Notes under the pieces: generated by a model
The model's input: the letters and a program-made list of their open reading frames with translations, nothing else
Database searches by the model: none
Told to the model about the DNA's origin: nothing
Translations under genes and position numbers: made by a program
Shown: piece by piece, positions 21,698 through 33,489 of the stretch
Numbering within the stretch: position 1 is the stretch's first letter
Layout of the letters: every line of letters starts with the position of its first letter
Source of the DNA: Chrysemys picta bellii
Lineage: Eukaryota
Assembly: GCF_011386835.1 (NCBI RefSeq)
Contig: NC_088794.1
Coordinates: 4,836,001-4,900,000, forward strand
DNA length: 64,000 nt
Reading direction: 5' to 3'

Positions 21698-23218
21698 AAA
21701 CAAATGGGATGAACACACTTAGTAGATTATAACCTTTATAATGGTATGTTACATGGGGCACTTAGCATAAATCATATTCCAATTATATCATATTCAGAAG
21801 CATATTTTCATAAAGCATATGGAGTGCAGTGTTACACATAGCTTTGCCCAGCACTGGACAGAAGGGGGAATTGAACAGGTGAAGACCCCAACTATTGGGC
21901 TAAAAATTACAAAGGGAAGGACCATCACCACCTCTTACGGTGACCGTCTTGCGACCAACACCTAAATCATTCCCGTGCACACAAACATTGTTCTGGGACA
22001 AAGCTATTAGGAGTATTTGTAACGTATTTGTGAGTAGTTTCAGGTCAGTCCAAACGGTATATTTTTTGACAAGAAATCCATTTCTAGACACCATTGTTTC
22101 CCAATGCTGGGAAATACTTAAGGAGACATTTGGAGAGGTGACCAACAAATAAAGGCTGTGACTGCCGGGGACAGATGTCCCTCCTTCCCAGCCCCAGATC
22201 GGTGGCTGCCGTGGTGCAGGAGAGAGACAGCTCTCCCCAAACAAAGGCTAAAAAGTAATGGAAATCACTTCTCCTGACAAGTGAATTCCATTAATTTTTA
22301 GCATTTGTTTGGGGAGAGGTATTGGAAACCATTAAGGCCAATTCTTTGCTATCTGGTATAGTTTTGGCTTTTCACAGTACTCCCATTGACTCGTAAGTAG
22401 CAAGAAGCACTAGGTTTGGTGGGGGTACTAGGTATTTTGTAGGATAAAGACATTATTTGCAAGCTCTTTGAATTAGGGATCTCTCTGCAAACTCCAAAGC
22501 CATGTGTTAATGTCCTGCAGGGCGTGTAAAAACGTAATGAGTCCGTCTACTCCGAGTTTTTAACTTGGTGACACACACAATGTGAAACCAGGAGAACTTC
22601 TCCTGTTTCTACTGGGCTCTGTTGCACTTGCACTGAGTGGGTCCTAAACACTCATTTAAAATACCCATCATCAACCACTTGATGTTTTATTTCCCTTTGT
22701 ATTTTCAGTGTTGTCACTTGTTTCTGTGTGGCTTTGTTTTGCTGTCTGTGTCGCTTTATTACTTATTTTTACTGTTCTCTGTGTGTGAAGTATTAATCAA
22801 ATTAAGAGTTGACATTCCTGAGAAATTGTATAATCCCGAGTGAATGCCTTTTACTCTCCTTTCCAGTATCAGAAACTATTGTATTAATATTGGCAGTGAG
22901 AGCATTTCTAGTTGACTCAGACATTTATTTAGCATCTTAAAGCTGAGCTCTGTGTGCAGATAATATGTATGCAAGGGGGATAGTTTTGTGAAGTCCGTAG
23001 CATGCTAGTGTTCTCGCAGATGCTTCATTTTTTGAGAGCAGTTTCCCCTGAAGATATTGTGGTCTATGGTAGGAGTAGGTTATTTAATTGGGCCTCTGGT
23101 GTATATTTGTATGCTTTCACTTAATGACCATAATGACTTTGATTTATTTATATACCTGTTTTCAGTACGCCACATTTGACTGCGTTTACTAGCTTGAGTT
23201 GTTAGAAAGGATGATAAA
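21698..23218 (+). repeat. Local ~1.5-kb tandem duplication (second copy, including the LTR A 3' end at 21698-21836)
   Basis: 21251-21697 repeats about 22776-23218, then the sequence re-enters the end of LTR A. The paralog at 45880-47458 has only one copy. Confidence 0.75.
22231..22318. other. 88-nt near-perfect palindrome/hairpin
   Basis: 40-bp arms match 37/40 around an 8-nt loop; slightly more decayed paralog at about 46454-46541. Confidence 0.85.
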
Positions 23219-23642
23219 ATACATGTACTCCAAGGGCAGTGTTGATTTTCTTTTCATATTAAATAAGCATCTTAAAACAAGGGATAGTTAACAAGATGCA
23301 CTGCTTAACATTCTTTTTTCTTCTTCCTCCATACCTATGAACATTTCAAAATATACATTATATCTAGGTTTAGTATGCACAATAAATGGCCTCAATATTG
23401 GTGCTGCACATAACAACATTCAATCTGCACATGCATGGAAAAAATTAGAGGGAACACTGGTCATTTCCAGCTTTACAGAGAAGCACCAAATTAACAATGG
23501 AGGGCAGATGGCTGTGGTCTCCTCCTGAGCTCCTCTGGTCATCATGTGGTCTCCATCGAGCACAATGCGTGAAACTATCCTTCCTACTTTGGGGAGTAAC
23601 CTAGCAAGGGAAGGACATAGGATACCATGGTGATTGGGGTGC

Positions 23643-23670
<28 letters not shown>
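23643..23670 (+). repeat. (GATA)7 microsatellite
   Basis: Direct count; the paralog at 47865 is (GATA)12. Confidence 0.95.
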
Positions 23671-23673
<3 letters not shown>

Positions 23674-25200
23674 GATCTGCAGTACTCTTACAGGTCTTAC
23701 AGGTTTTACATTCCACCTATTGGGGCCAGGACAATGACGTGATTCTGACACAATTAGTATGTTTCAGCTGTATCTAACTTTCTGTTCCTTTGCTTCCAAA
23801 CTTGTTTCTCAGGTTGATTGAAAATTCAAGTAGAGAAGGTTTTTGGATGGGAAATTGGATTTTCCATTCAACAATTTTTTTCATGAAATTATCTTTTCCC
23901 TGGAAATTATCAGATTTCCATCAAAAAAGCCAAACTCCCCTCCTCTCCAAACCATGGCTGTGGGACTCTGGTGATGTTCCAGGGCAGTTCAGCAGGAGGA
24001 GAGATCATCATGCATCATGGGGAATGTGGTCCAGCCTGGGAGCCTGGCCCATGGAAGAGATTGGTGGTGTGTGGTATTGGATTCAACCCAGTGGTATTTC
24101 CAAGTCGAAATATTAAGTTTTCAGCCAAAAGCTTTCAGTCTCCACAAACAAACCCCCTTTGTGGATCAGCTCTACGCAGTACCCAACTTGCACTGAAAAC
24201 AGCAGGATGAAATCTATCCCTAACCTCATACTCCGGAACTCTGGTAGAAATTGCATCATTTAATAACACAGTTGGAAAGAGTGGGCCAAATTAATCCCCG
24301 GGGCATGAGTTACACCAAGGGTGGCTTTGGTTCACTGAACACATTTATTAGGTTCTGTTTCTCTCTGAGCTCAGGAATTCCCAGTTGCTTCAGGGATCAT
24401 GTCCCATAGATCACAAATCTCAGTATAAAACTTCCCGAATGCGACAAACTGGCAGTTTCTATCGATGAGGAAACACCAACACATCTCTCTCTCTCTTCTA
24501 AGCAGAAACGTGCAATTGTCCAGTATCAGAGTCAGACAAACACGCAGACATTTGGTGATCAGCAGGTATTGAATTCACGACCTCCAGCACTAAAAGCCTC
24601 AGCCCCAAGTCGTACCACTTCAGCTAAAGGAGCGACCTCCTTGCTTGGAAAAAATAGGCAATTACATAGTCACTGAAGCCAGTGCTTTCTATTATGTCTC
24701 TGGGTTTTCATACAGGCTAAAGTAAATGCCAAAAATGTTAATTAGCACAGTAAGGAAGTGTTACCCCAAACCGACATGCCAAGCCACAGAATTTACCCTG
24801 CCCAAAGAGGGTGGAAAAATTGACACTCCTTTGGTCTCACCCCTTCTCTAGCTAACAAATAATCTCTTCAGAGTGAGATGATTTTCACCCTGATACTCAT
24901 ACAGCAGAGACAAAAGTCACATCTTGCTGCTCGGATTAGTAAACAGGAGTGTTAGTGTGTGGGGAATGATTAACCTGTGTGTCATTGTATTTACGCAGTG
25001 TGTATTTTATTGAACAACTGGAATGAGCAGCTGTGAACATCTGGCTCTGTGGATTAAGCCCTTCCTTGAGCGGGTACCCATGTCCATTAAGAAACTGATA
25101 TCCATTTATCATCACTTACTTCACTACAGAGAAGGGACAGGTTTTCCGCACCATCCACCTGCCCACATCTCTGTAGCTGTCTGATCTCTGTTCAGAGAAG

Positions 25201-26139
25201 ATGGAAAAGGGAAATCACTCGGAAGCGACTGAGTTCATTCTCTCAGGACTGACAGATCGTCCGGAGCTGCAGGTTCCCCTGTTTGTGCTGTTCCTACTGA
25301 TTTATGGTGTCACCCTGGTGGGGAATGGGGGGATGATTTTGTTAATCACGATTGATCCCCGACTCCACACCCCCATGTACTTTTTCCTCAGTAATTTGTG
25401 TTTCTGTGACCTCTGCTTTTCCTCGATGATTTCCCCTAAGATGCTGCTGAATTTCTTCGCTGAGAGGAAAAGCATTTCTTACACTGCCTGCACTGTGCAA
25501 ATGTATCTCTTTCTCTCTTTTGCAGATGTTGAGTGCCTGTTGCTGGCTGTGATGGCGTATGACCGTTATGTGGCCATCTGTAACCCGCTGCTCTATACGG
25601 TCACCATGTCCAGGCAGCTTTGTAAAGGGCTGGTGGCTGGGGTATATGCTGTGGGCGTGGTAGATTCAATGATACACACATTTTGTACACTTCGTTTGTC
25701 ATTCTGTAGCTCCAACATCATCAATCATTTCTTCTGTGATATCACCCAATTGCTGGTGCTTTCCTGCTCTGACACCCGCATCAATGAGATTGTGATGTTT
25801 GCCTTCGTTGGCTGTATTGTAATGAGCAGCTTTGTGACTGTCCTCCTCTCCTATGTCTATATCATCTCCACCATCCTGCAGATCCACTCTGCCAAGGGCC
25901 GACACAAAGCCTTCTCCACCTGCACTTTCCACTTGATCGCTGTGGTCCTGTTTTATGGCATCCAACTTTTCATGTGTTTACGTCCCACCTCCAGCTATTC
26001 CATGGTCACAGATAAAGTGGCCTCAGTGTTTTACATGCTGGTGATCCCCATGTTGAACCCCCTCATCTACAGCCTGAGGAACACGGAGGTGAAGGACGCC
26101 CTGAGGAAAGCAATGAATAAACTCCTAACCAATTCCTGA
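25201..26139 (+). CDS. Olfactory receptor, class II, 312 aa (OR#4, divergent subtype)
   Basis: Intact ORF with canonical motifs; close paralog of OR#7. Confidence 0.96.
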   Translation: MEKGNHSEATEFILSGLTDRPELQVPLFVLFLLIYGVTLVGNGGMILLITIDPRLHTPMYFFLSNLCFCDLCFSSMISPKMLLNFFAERKSISYTACTVQMYLFLSFADVECLLLAVMAYDRYVAICNPLLYTVTMSRQLCKGLVAGVYAVGVVDSMIHTFCTLRLSFCSSNIINHFFCDITQLLVLSCSDTRINEIVMFAFVGCIVMSSFVTVLLSYVYIISTILQIHSAKGRHKAFSTCTFHLIAVVLFYGIQLFMCLRPTSSYSMVTDKVASVFYMLVIPMLNPLIYSLRNTEVKDALRKAMNKLLTNS

Positions 26140-27401
26140 AACTGTTTAACTTAGTACTCGTTTAGTGATGGGGAGTGGAAACAGGTGAATTCAATTCCCA
26201 GCCCATTGCAATGTAATTTCACAGAACCCGTAATAGTATTGTTCATTAATGTATTCTTGTTATTATTATTTTTTTTTGTATTCCAACAAGGCCTGCAGGC
26301 CCCAACTAAGATCGGGGCTTTATTGGGGTATTGCCTCAGCAAAATTCCTTGAGCCACCTGTTGCACATGTGTGAATATCTGTGATGTGCTTTGAACGCAC
26401 AGAGCTGTTTGTATTGGGAAGGAAGTGGGGGGCATCAAATCTATCTCCCTCTGCTTTGTCGTGGGTTTAGTTTCGTTATGCAGTTGCAAGTATGAAGTGT
26501 GGAATTTCTATGGCTGAGCCAAAGGGAGTTTTGCACACCCTTCTGATCCTCTGCAGCCCTTTATGTCCCCTATGGGGTTGTTGTAGAGATTATCACCTGG
26601 TTTGTATCCATGCATGTGGAGGAGAAAGCTGATTTCCATCACAATGGCCTTTATTTTAAGTTAAGGGACCAACAAAACAAATAAGAACAAGGGTAACATT
26701 TCCAAAAGAGAGCATGGTGTGTGTGCGCGTCCTCTGTGAGAATCTGCACTGAACTGAATACAAAATAATCTGGAAAGGGTGAGTTTTCTCTACCATATAA
26801 ATAAAACAGAAAGAAAAAGTCATATCAGACACTAGACGTTTATACCACATGAGCAGGTTAGCTGTGAGTTCTTACTCTTATTTCTGTTGGAAAGTGTTAT
26901 GGACTCTGAAGAATAGGGGTTATGGGAATTGTACAGCTCGGGTTACGGTGAGTGAGAAATGGATAGAGCTGGGTCAATAGCTGATTTTCGAGTTCATGGG
27001 TGGTTACAAAAAATTGAAAAACAAATTCAGTTCAACCTGAAACAAATCTGAAAATTCCCTAAATGCTTGGCAAATATAAAACATTGACAAAAATTTCCTT
27101 TGGGGTCGAAGGAAATAATTAGCATGACCAGAAATGGAACATTTCCTTTCCTCCCTGGATACTTTCCGATGTGAAAGCAGAGATAATGTAGGGCCAGACT
27201 GACGAAATGGATGGAAGAGGCGGTAATGGCGCTGTTTCCTTTGTAGACTTTAACCCAGTGATTAGATCACTCCCGCGGGATGTGGGAGATCCAGGTCATA
27301 TCACCCTCTGTCTGATGGGGAGACGCAATTTGAAAGTGGGTCGCCCACATTGCCGTCAATGCCCTGGCGACTCGGTTCTATTCTGTCCTGCATCGTTCTC
27401 A

Positions 27402-27568
27402 GGACTGCTCTATGCTACTGCTGTAAGTTGATCTCAGTTACGCTACTTCAATTCGACTAAGTTGGTCTGACTTACAGCGGTGTCCACACCGCGCTATGTC
27501 ACCGGGAGAGTTACGTAGCTGAAGTAGTGTAACATAGATCAGCCGACAGCGTTAGTGTAGCCTGGCCC
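27402..27568. mobile_element. Old Harbinger-like palindromic MITE
   Basis: Ends GGACTGCTCTATGCT / AGTGTAGCCTGGCCC; internal inverted arms; flanks TCA/TGA; paralog at 51643-51809. Confidence 0.5.
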
Positions 27569-28669
27569 TGAGAAAGATCCATGATGGAACATAGTCTCTG
27601 AGAGAGGTGGAGTACAGACTTCCGCAGGTGAGACGTTTCCCATTGACTTAACATGTCTTCCCCAGACCTACTCGATGAACACCATTTCATCTATCGCAGT
27701 AGTCCCGATTTAGCCAGTAGCATAGATATGGCCTCATTCTCCCCCATTGAAGCTGTTGCATTTTGGATAAAACACAGGAAGAATCACAGGGCCAGAAAGA
27801 GAGAATAACTCTATAGACTGGTAGTTTGGGGCACTGACATGCTCAACTTCATGTCTCTGTTCCAAGGGTTATTTAATTTGTTATCCACCGTAGAACAACT
27901 TTGAAAGGAGAGATCGAGAGGAACCCAGATTGGAATAGCACACCACTCAGTGGCTGGGATGCTTTCTGGAAATACAGGAAACCCAAGTGCACATCTTTGC
28001 CCGGCACTTGACAGAAGGGGGAATTGAACCAGGATCTCCCACTTCACAGGTGAACACCCCAACTATTGAGCTAAAAATTACAAAGAGAGGGAGCATCACC
28101 ACCTCCTACCCGTGGCTGCTTTGCGACCCACACCTAAATCCTCCCCCCGCACACATGCATTGTTTTGGGAAAAGGCTATTGGGAGACTTTGTAACACATT
28201 TTTGAAGAGTTTCAGGTCAATCCCAACTGCATTGTTTTTCACAATACATTATTAGTCCAAAAGAAATTTACCCATTTCTACACACTTTTGTGTCCCAATG
28301 CTGGGAAATTACTTAAAGAGACTTTTGGAGAGGTGACCGACACATGAAGCGGAATACATTTACCTCCGTTTTGTATCATATTCAAAAGACCTCATGGGCG
28401 AGACCGTGATCCAGACCAGCTGCTGCTCTGGCCCTCTGTGTTCCATTCCCACAAGGAGAGACACAGTACTAACATTAATTGCATGTGCTGTGCACACCTG
28501 TTGTCCTGGGAGCAAAGATGCTCCAGGGAACAAATCTCAAAGTCATCCCAGGAAGCAGTTCCAGCGGTATTTAGGGTAATGTGGGTGGGGTTAGCAAACA
28601 GGGAAAGATTGAACTCTTAGTCTGATTTTAGGGTTCTGAGCAGGTACTGCTTCCGTCCTCAACTAATTA

Positions 28670-31202
28670 CACCGGTCTACAATTCTTGAGAACTTGTCTG
28701 CTTCAGAGATAAAATGTGCTATTTATTATGTATTTTGATGTGCTGAATTCAAATATGACAATTAAAACAACTGATTGGCTAAGATATTTAAGTTTTTACA
28801 TTTTATGTCTATGTATATTGTGTAGATAGTAGAGTTTTAATCATTAATTGTAAACCTAGGTCTTTTCATGTGTTTATGGTTGCTTTACATGATAATATTT
28901 CACCTGACCTGTTTATGTAACACTTTAAAAATCAGCAAAAGGGTTATATAAATAAAATTTATTATGAAACAAAAGGCAAAAAACTATTCTGTACATAGTT
29001 TAGTCCTATTCAGTGTCTACTTGGCGCTTCTTGGCTTGTCTCTTGTATTCATTAAATGGAGCATCTCTTGTCACTGTCCAGCAATCGTCTGCAAGCATTG
29101 ATGGGCTCCATTTGCCCTGATAGCATTTCTACATTGTTGCAATGTCCTGGTGAAATCGCTCACCGTGCTCGTCGCTCACTGCTCCGCTGTTCGGTGGAAA
29201 AAAATCTAGATGAGAGTGCAAAAAATGTATCTTTAGTGACATGTTGCAACCAAGGCTTTTGTACGCCTTGAGGAGGTTTTCCACCAACAACCTGTAGTTG
29301 TCTGCCTTGTTGTTTCCGAGAAAATTTATTGCCACTAACTGGAAGGCTTTCCATGCCATCTTTTCCTTGCCACGCAGTGCATGGTCAAATGCTTCATCTC
29401 GAAGAAGTACACGAATCTGAGGACCAACAAAGACACCTTAGTTTATCTTAGCTTCACTTAACCTTGAAAATTTTCCACGGAGGTACTTGAAAGCTGCTTC
29501 TGTTTTGTCAATGGCCTTGACAAAGTTCTTCATCAGACCCAGCTTGATGTGTAAGGGTGGTAACAAAATCTTCCTTGATTCAACAAGTGGTGGATGCTGA
29601 ACACTTTTCCTCCCAGGCTCCAATGACTGCCGGAGTGGCCAATCTTTCTTGATGTAGTGGGAATCTCTTGCACGACTATCCCATTTGCAGAGAAAACAGC
29701 AGTACTGTGTATCCGGTCTGCAGACCAAGCAAGAGAGCAACAACCTTCAAATCGCCACAAAGCTGCCACTGATGTTGGTCATAGTTTATGCACCTCAAAA
29801 GTTGTTTCATGTTGTCATAGGTTTCCTTCATATGGTCTGCATGACCAACTGGAATTGACGGCAAAACATTGCCATTATGCAGTAAAACAGCTTTAAGACT
29901 TGTCTTCGATGAATCAATGAACAGTCTCCACTCATCTGGATCGTGAACGATGTTGAGGGCTGCCATCACACCATCGATGTTGTTGCAGGCTACAAGATCA
30001 TCTTCCATGAAGAAGAATGAGACAAGATCCTTTTGACGGTCATGGAACATGGAAACCCTAACATCACCTGCCAGGAGATTCCACTGCTGTAGTCTGGAGC
30101 CCAACAGCTCTGCCTTACTCTCGGGTAGTTCCAAATCCCTGACAAGGTCATTAAGTTCACCTTGTGTTATGAGGTGTGGTTCAGAGGAGGAGGATGGGAG
30201 AAAATGTGGGTCCTGTGACATTGATGGTTCAGGACCAGAAGTTTCATCCTCTTCCTCGTCTGACTCAAGTGAGAATGATTCTGGTGTATCAGGAACTGGC
30301 AGTCCTTCTCCGTGGGGTACTGGGCGTATAGCTGATGGAATGTTTGGATAATGCACAGTCCACTTTTTCTTCTTTGACACACCTTTCCCAACTGGAGGCA
30401 CCATGCAGAAATAACAATTGCTGGTATGATCTGTTGGCTTTCTCCAAATCATTGGCACTGCAAAAAGCATAGATTTCCTTTTCCTGTTCAACCACTGGCG
30501 AAGATTTGTTGCACAAGTGTTGCAGCATATGTGTGGGGCCCACCTCTTGTCCTGATCTCCAATTTTGCAGCCAAAATAAAGGTGATAGGCTTTCTTAACA
30601 ATAGTGGTTATACTGCGCTTTTGTGATGCAAAAGTCACTTCACCACAAACATAGCAGAAGTTATCTGCACTGTTCACACAAGTACGAGGCATCTCTGCTC
30701 ACTTTGGCTAAACAGAAATGTGTCCCTTTGCAAAATCAAACACTGACAAATAAGAGAGCACGACACTGTATGATTTCTAGCACTGATATAGGGCAATTTG
30801 TTCAGCAGAGTGATGTAAGCTTCGTTATGATTGCATCATCCATGACTTCTAGGAATAACATGATGCAATTCATATCATGTATGACGCAATACCAGCTTCA
30901 GATTGCATCATTCATTGTTTTGCCTAAAAATCAAGTACTGTCCAAACCCAGTCATAGATTTATTCATAGATCCAGTCAAAGATGTATTTTAGTCATTTCT
31001 GGTTTAAATTGAGATCCCTACCCTTTATAACTCACTTATCCTCGGTCATTCCCAAGTCAAGGGTGGTCTATACTGACCCAATAGCATATCTTGAAAACTA
31101 GAGCCAATCAACAATTTTAAGCATCATTTTTGTTCTCAGTGACCCAGAATTAGAAGAGTTTGACTACATTTATTTCAGAAGCATTTTGGCTGTAGAGCAG
31201 TG
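28670..31202 (-). mobile_element. Chapaev3-like (Transib/RAG1-related) DNA transposon, full length 2533 bp
   Basis: Termini CAC...GTG; imperfect TIR CACTGCTCTACA/CACCGGTCTACA; 3-bp flanks TTA/TTG; empty paralogous sites at about 52905, 38095 and 59480. Confidence 0.8.
29006..30692 (-). pseudogene. Disabled Chapaev3-like transposase (about 560 codons)
   Basis: N-terminal Zn finger (CYVCG..D..H.CCNTC..W..CYFC); WRLFIDSS; CGDLK; CCFLCKWDS; LHIKLG; KIHFLHSH; SDEHGERFHQ. Apparent 2-nt deletion at about 29706 and in-frame stops at about 29438 and 29129. Confidence 0.85.
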
Positions 31203-31360
31203 TTGTAAGTGAAGGGAGGAAAAACAAAGAGGTATGTGTGTGCATGTGGTGGGGGTACAGTGGAGCTGAATGTCAAGTGTAGGCAGGTTTGTGTCTCTTG
31301 CCCTACCCAGTGCTCAGACAAGCATCCCCCCTCCTCCCAGTGCAGGGCTCCTTCTGAGAC

Positions 31361-31625
31361 CATAGATAAATAGGACTGGAGGGGACCTTGAGAGGTCATC
31401 TATTCCAGTCCTCTGTGCTCATGGCAGGACTAAGTATTACCTAGATCATCCCTGACAGGTGTTTGTCTAACCTGGTGTTAAAAATCTCCAACAGTGGAGA
31501 TTCCACAACCTTCCTGGACAAGTTATTCCAGTGCTTAACCAACCTCGCTCTTGGGATGTTTTTCCTAATGTCCAACCTAAAGCACCCTTGCTGCAATTGA
31601 AGTCCATCAGTTCTTGTCCTATCCT
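31361..31625 (-). mobile_element. CR1 LINE 3' fragment
   Basis: Matches the paralog at 53081, whose minus-strand frame reads LQLQQGCFRLDIRKN...VKHWN.LP..VVESP.LE.F..RLD.HLSGMV (CR1 ORF2 C-terminus); tail remnant CATAGA on the + strand. Confidence 0.8.
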
Positions 31626-31733
31626 TTCCCCCCAGCCCGCAACCATTGCTTTGCAGTTTTACTCCTAAACTCTGTTTGAAGGACTATAAATTCTAGGAAA
31701 TAAATAAAATTAACAAAAGAATTGGGAGGGAGC

Positions 31734-32692
31734 TGTGACATACCAGGGTCCAACCCAGACTAAGCAACAGCTGTGTCACCTGCAACCTTGCAATGCCTTG
31801 CTGAAGTGGCTTCCAACTGGTCCACAAACAAACAAATCACACCCTGAGCATGTGTGTGTAACTGCAGCCTGGCCAGGAATAGCTGAGTTACACTCAGGCT
31901 CTCACCACCCTTGGTTATATTGCAGGGTGACCCCAACACACTCCCCAGTCTTTGATTTCCCTCCAGAAATGTACGTCCTGTGCTGCCCAGTCCTCTCCTG
32001 GACAATGCAAGTTACAGTGTCCATTATTTCTTTAGTAGCACTAATATGCATGTAACTTAGCTTCTCAGACACTTCTACTTAAACACACTGGATTCGATAA
32101 AACAACCCCCTCCTCCCCAAAGTTTATTGACTACAAAGATAGATTTTAAGTGAGTGCAAATAAGGAAGCACAGAAGTCAGACATGGTTACAAAAAGAAAA
32201 TAAAGCTACAATGCAACTTGTGCCTAAGTTAACAAATAAGGTGAAATTCAAAGCAAAAGTTTCCTCACCACATGCTTTCAGCCGTCTTACTGACCAAACT
32301 ACTTAGGTCAGGACCCATCTCACAGTCCAATGGCTGCTTCCTTTATCCCTTCAGATGCGGTGAATCAGTGGGTAGAGGCAGAGATAGAGAGAGAGAGTGA
32401 GCGGTGCTTTCGGATGTTTGCCCCTTCTTTTTATAGTCCTATCTCCGGTTTGAGAAACATTTTCACCTGGTTACCAGGAGACAAAAGCTCTATGTAGAAG
32501 GATGTTCCCTGCTGCTTTTTCCTCACCTTTTTGGTCTTCCTTTGTTTCCCTTCCTGCTTGATGACTCTGGTTACTCTTTAGATAGAAAATTAAGCAGCGC
32601 ACACATTTCTTTGTTTAAGACAGACCAGTTTGCCAGCCTGAGTTTGGAACATGTATTAATAACCTGATACAGTGTCATCTTATAACTTCACG
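31734..32692. mobile_element. Solo LTR family C
   Basis: Paralog of 9337-10311; the left flank has lost about 750 bp at a GCTG microhomology. Confidence 0.7.
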
Positions 32693-32694
32693 CA

Positions 32695-33489
32695 CAGTAA
32701 CTCCTCACTTAACATTGTAGTTATGTCCCTGAAAAATGCAACTTGAATTCTTATGAGGAAATTGAATTCACTTAACACCGTTTTGCTAAATGTAAATGGG
32801 GTGGGGGTTAGGTTCCAGGGATTTTTTTTTTGCCAGACAAAAGGCATTATATACAGTTTAAAAAAAATGTAACAAGCAATTTAATACAGGTATAAATTTT
32901 TAAAGAAACAGTTTAATACGACAACCATCATTGCTGAATGTGAAGCAATGGAGGGGCCCCCGCCGAACCCCACACAGGCACAGCCCAGTGGCACTGCAGA
33001 CAATGAGGCAGGCAAGGAGGCTGAAGGTTCCGTAGGTAGGAGAAGCAAGTTGCACAGCAGCAGTGGCAGCTTCCCCTACTGTGCAAGCACCAGGTGTGGG
33101 GGGGCTTAACCCTCGGCCCACCCACTCCACCCCTTCCCCCAAGACCCCACCCTTAAGCCGCCTCCTCTCCCCCCATCTCCTCCCCCTTTACTCCGCACGT
33201 CGCGTCCTCGCTCCTCCCCTGCCTCCTAAACGCCGCAAATCAGCTGATTGCCGTGGGCAGGAGGGGGGAGGAGCAGGGGGAAGGCGCTGATCCATGCTGT
33301 CCACCGGTGGGAGGCACTGCGGTGGCATAGGGGAGCTGATAGAGGGGCTGCCAGCTGTGGACAAAGCAGGCAGCCAAACGACCTTATAGCAAAGCATTGC
33401 ACAACTTTAAACGAGCAGGTTCTGTAATGGAGCGGGAAAGTAAGATCGAAACAACGTTAAGCGAGAGGACGTTAAGTGGAGAGTTACTG
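32695..33489. mobile_element. Tigger/pogo-like MITE
   Basis: Paralog of 10314-11096 with the same TIRs. Confidence 0.75.

Larger units (their letters stand above)
14171..32692 (+). repeat. Segmental duplication, copy A (paralog of about 39140-54373)
   Basis: Collinear order in both copies: Gypsy remnant, LTR B, 311-aa OR, solo LTR A, hairpin region, GATA repeat, OR#4/#7-type gene, CR1, LTR C. Confidence 0.85.

Noticed and set aside
26305-27765. ~1.45-kb segment only downstream of OR#4/#7 as a novel inserted element
   Set aside because: No TIR, LTR, TSD or ORF; contains old MITE- and SINE-like debris, so it is more likely ancestral DNA deleted in the other lineage.
30049-31012. Plus-strand ORFs over the transposon (100 aa, 129 aa)
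   Set aside because: Antisense or terminal frames of the Chapaev-like element with no motif support.
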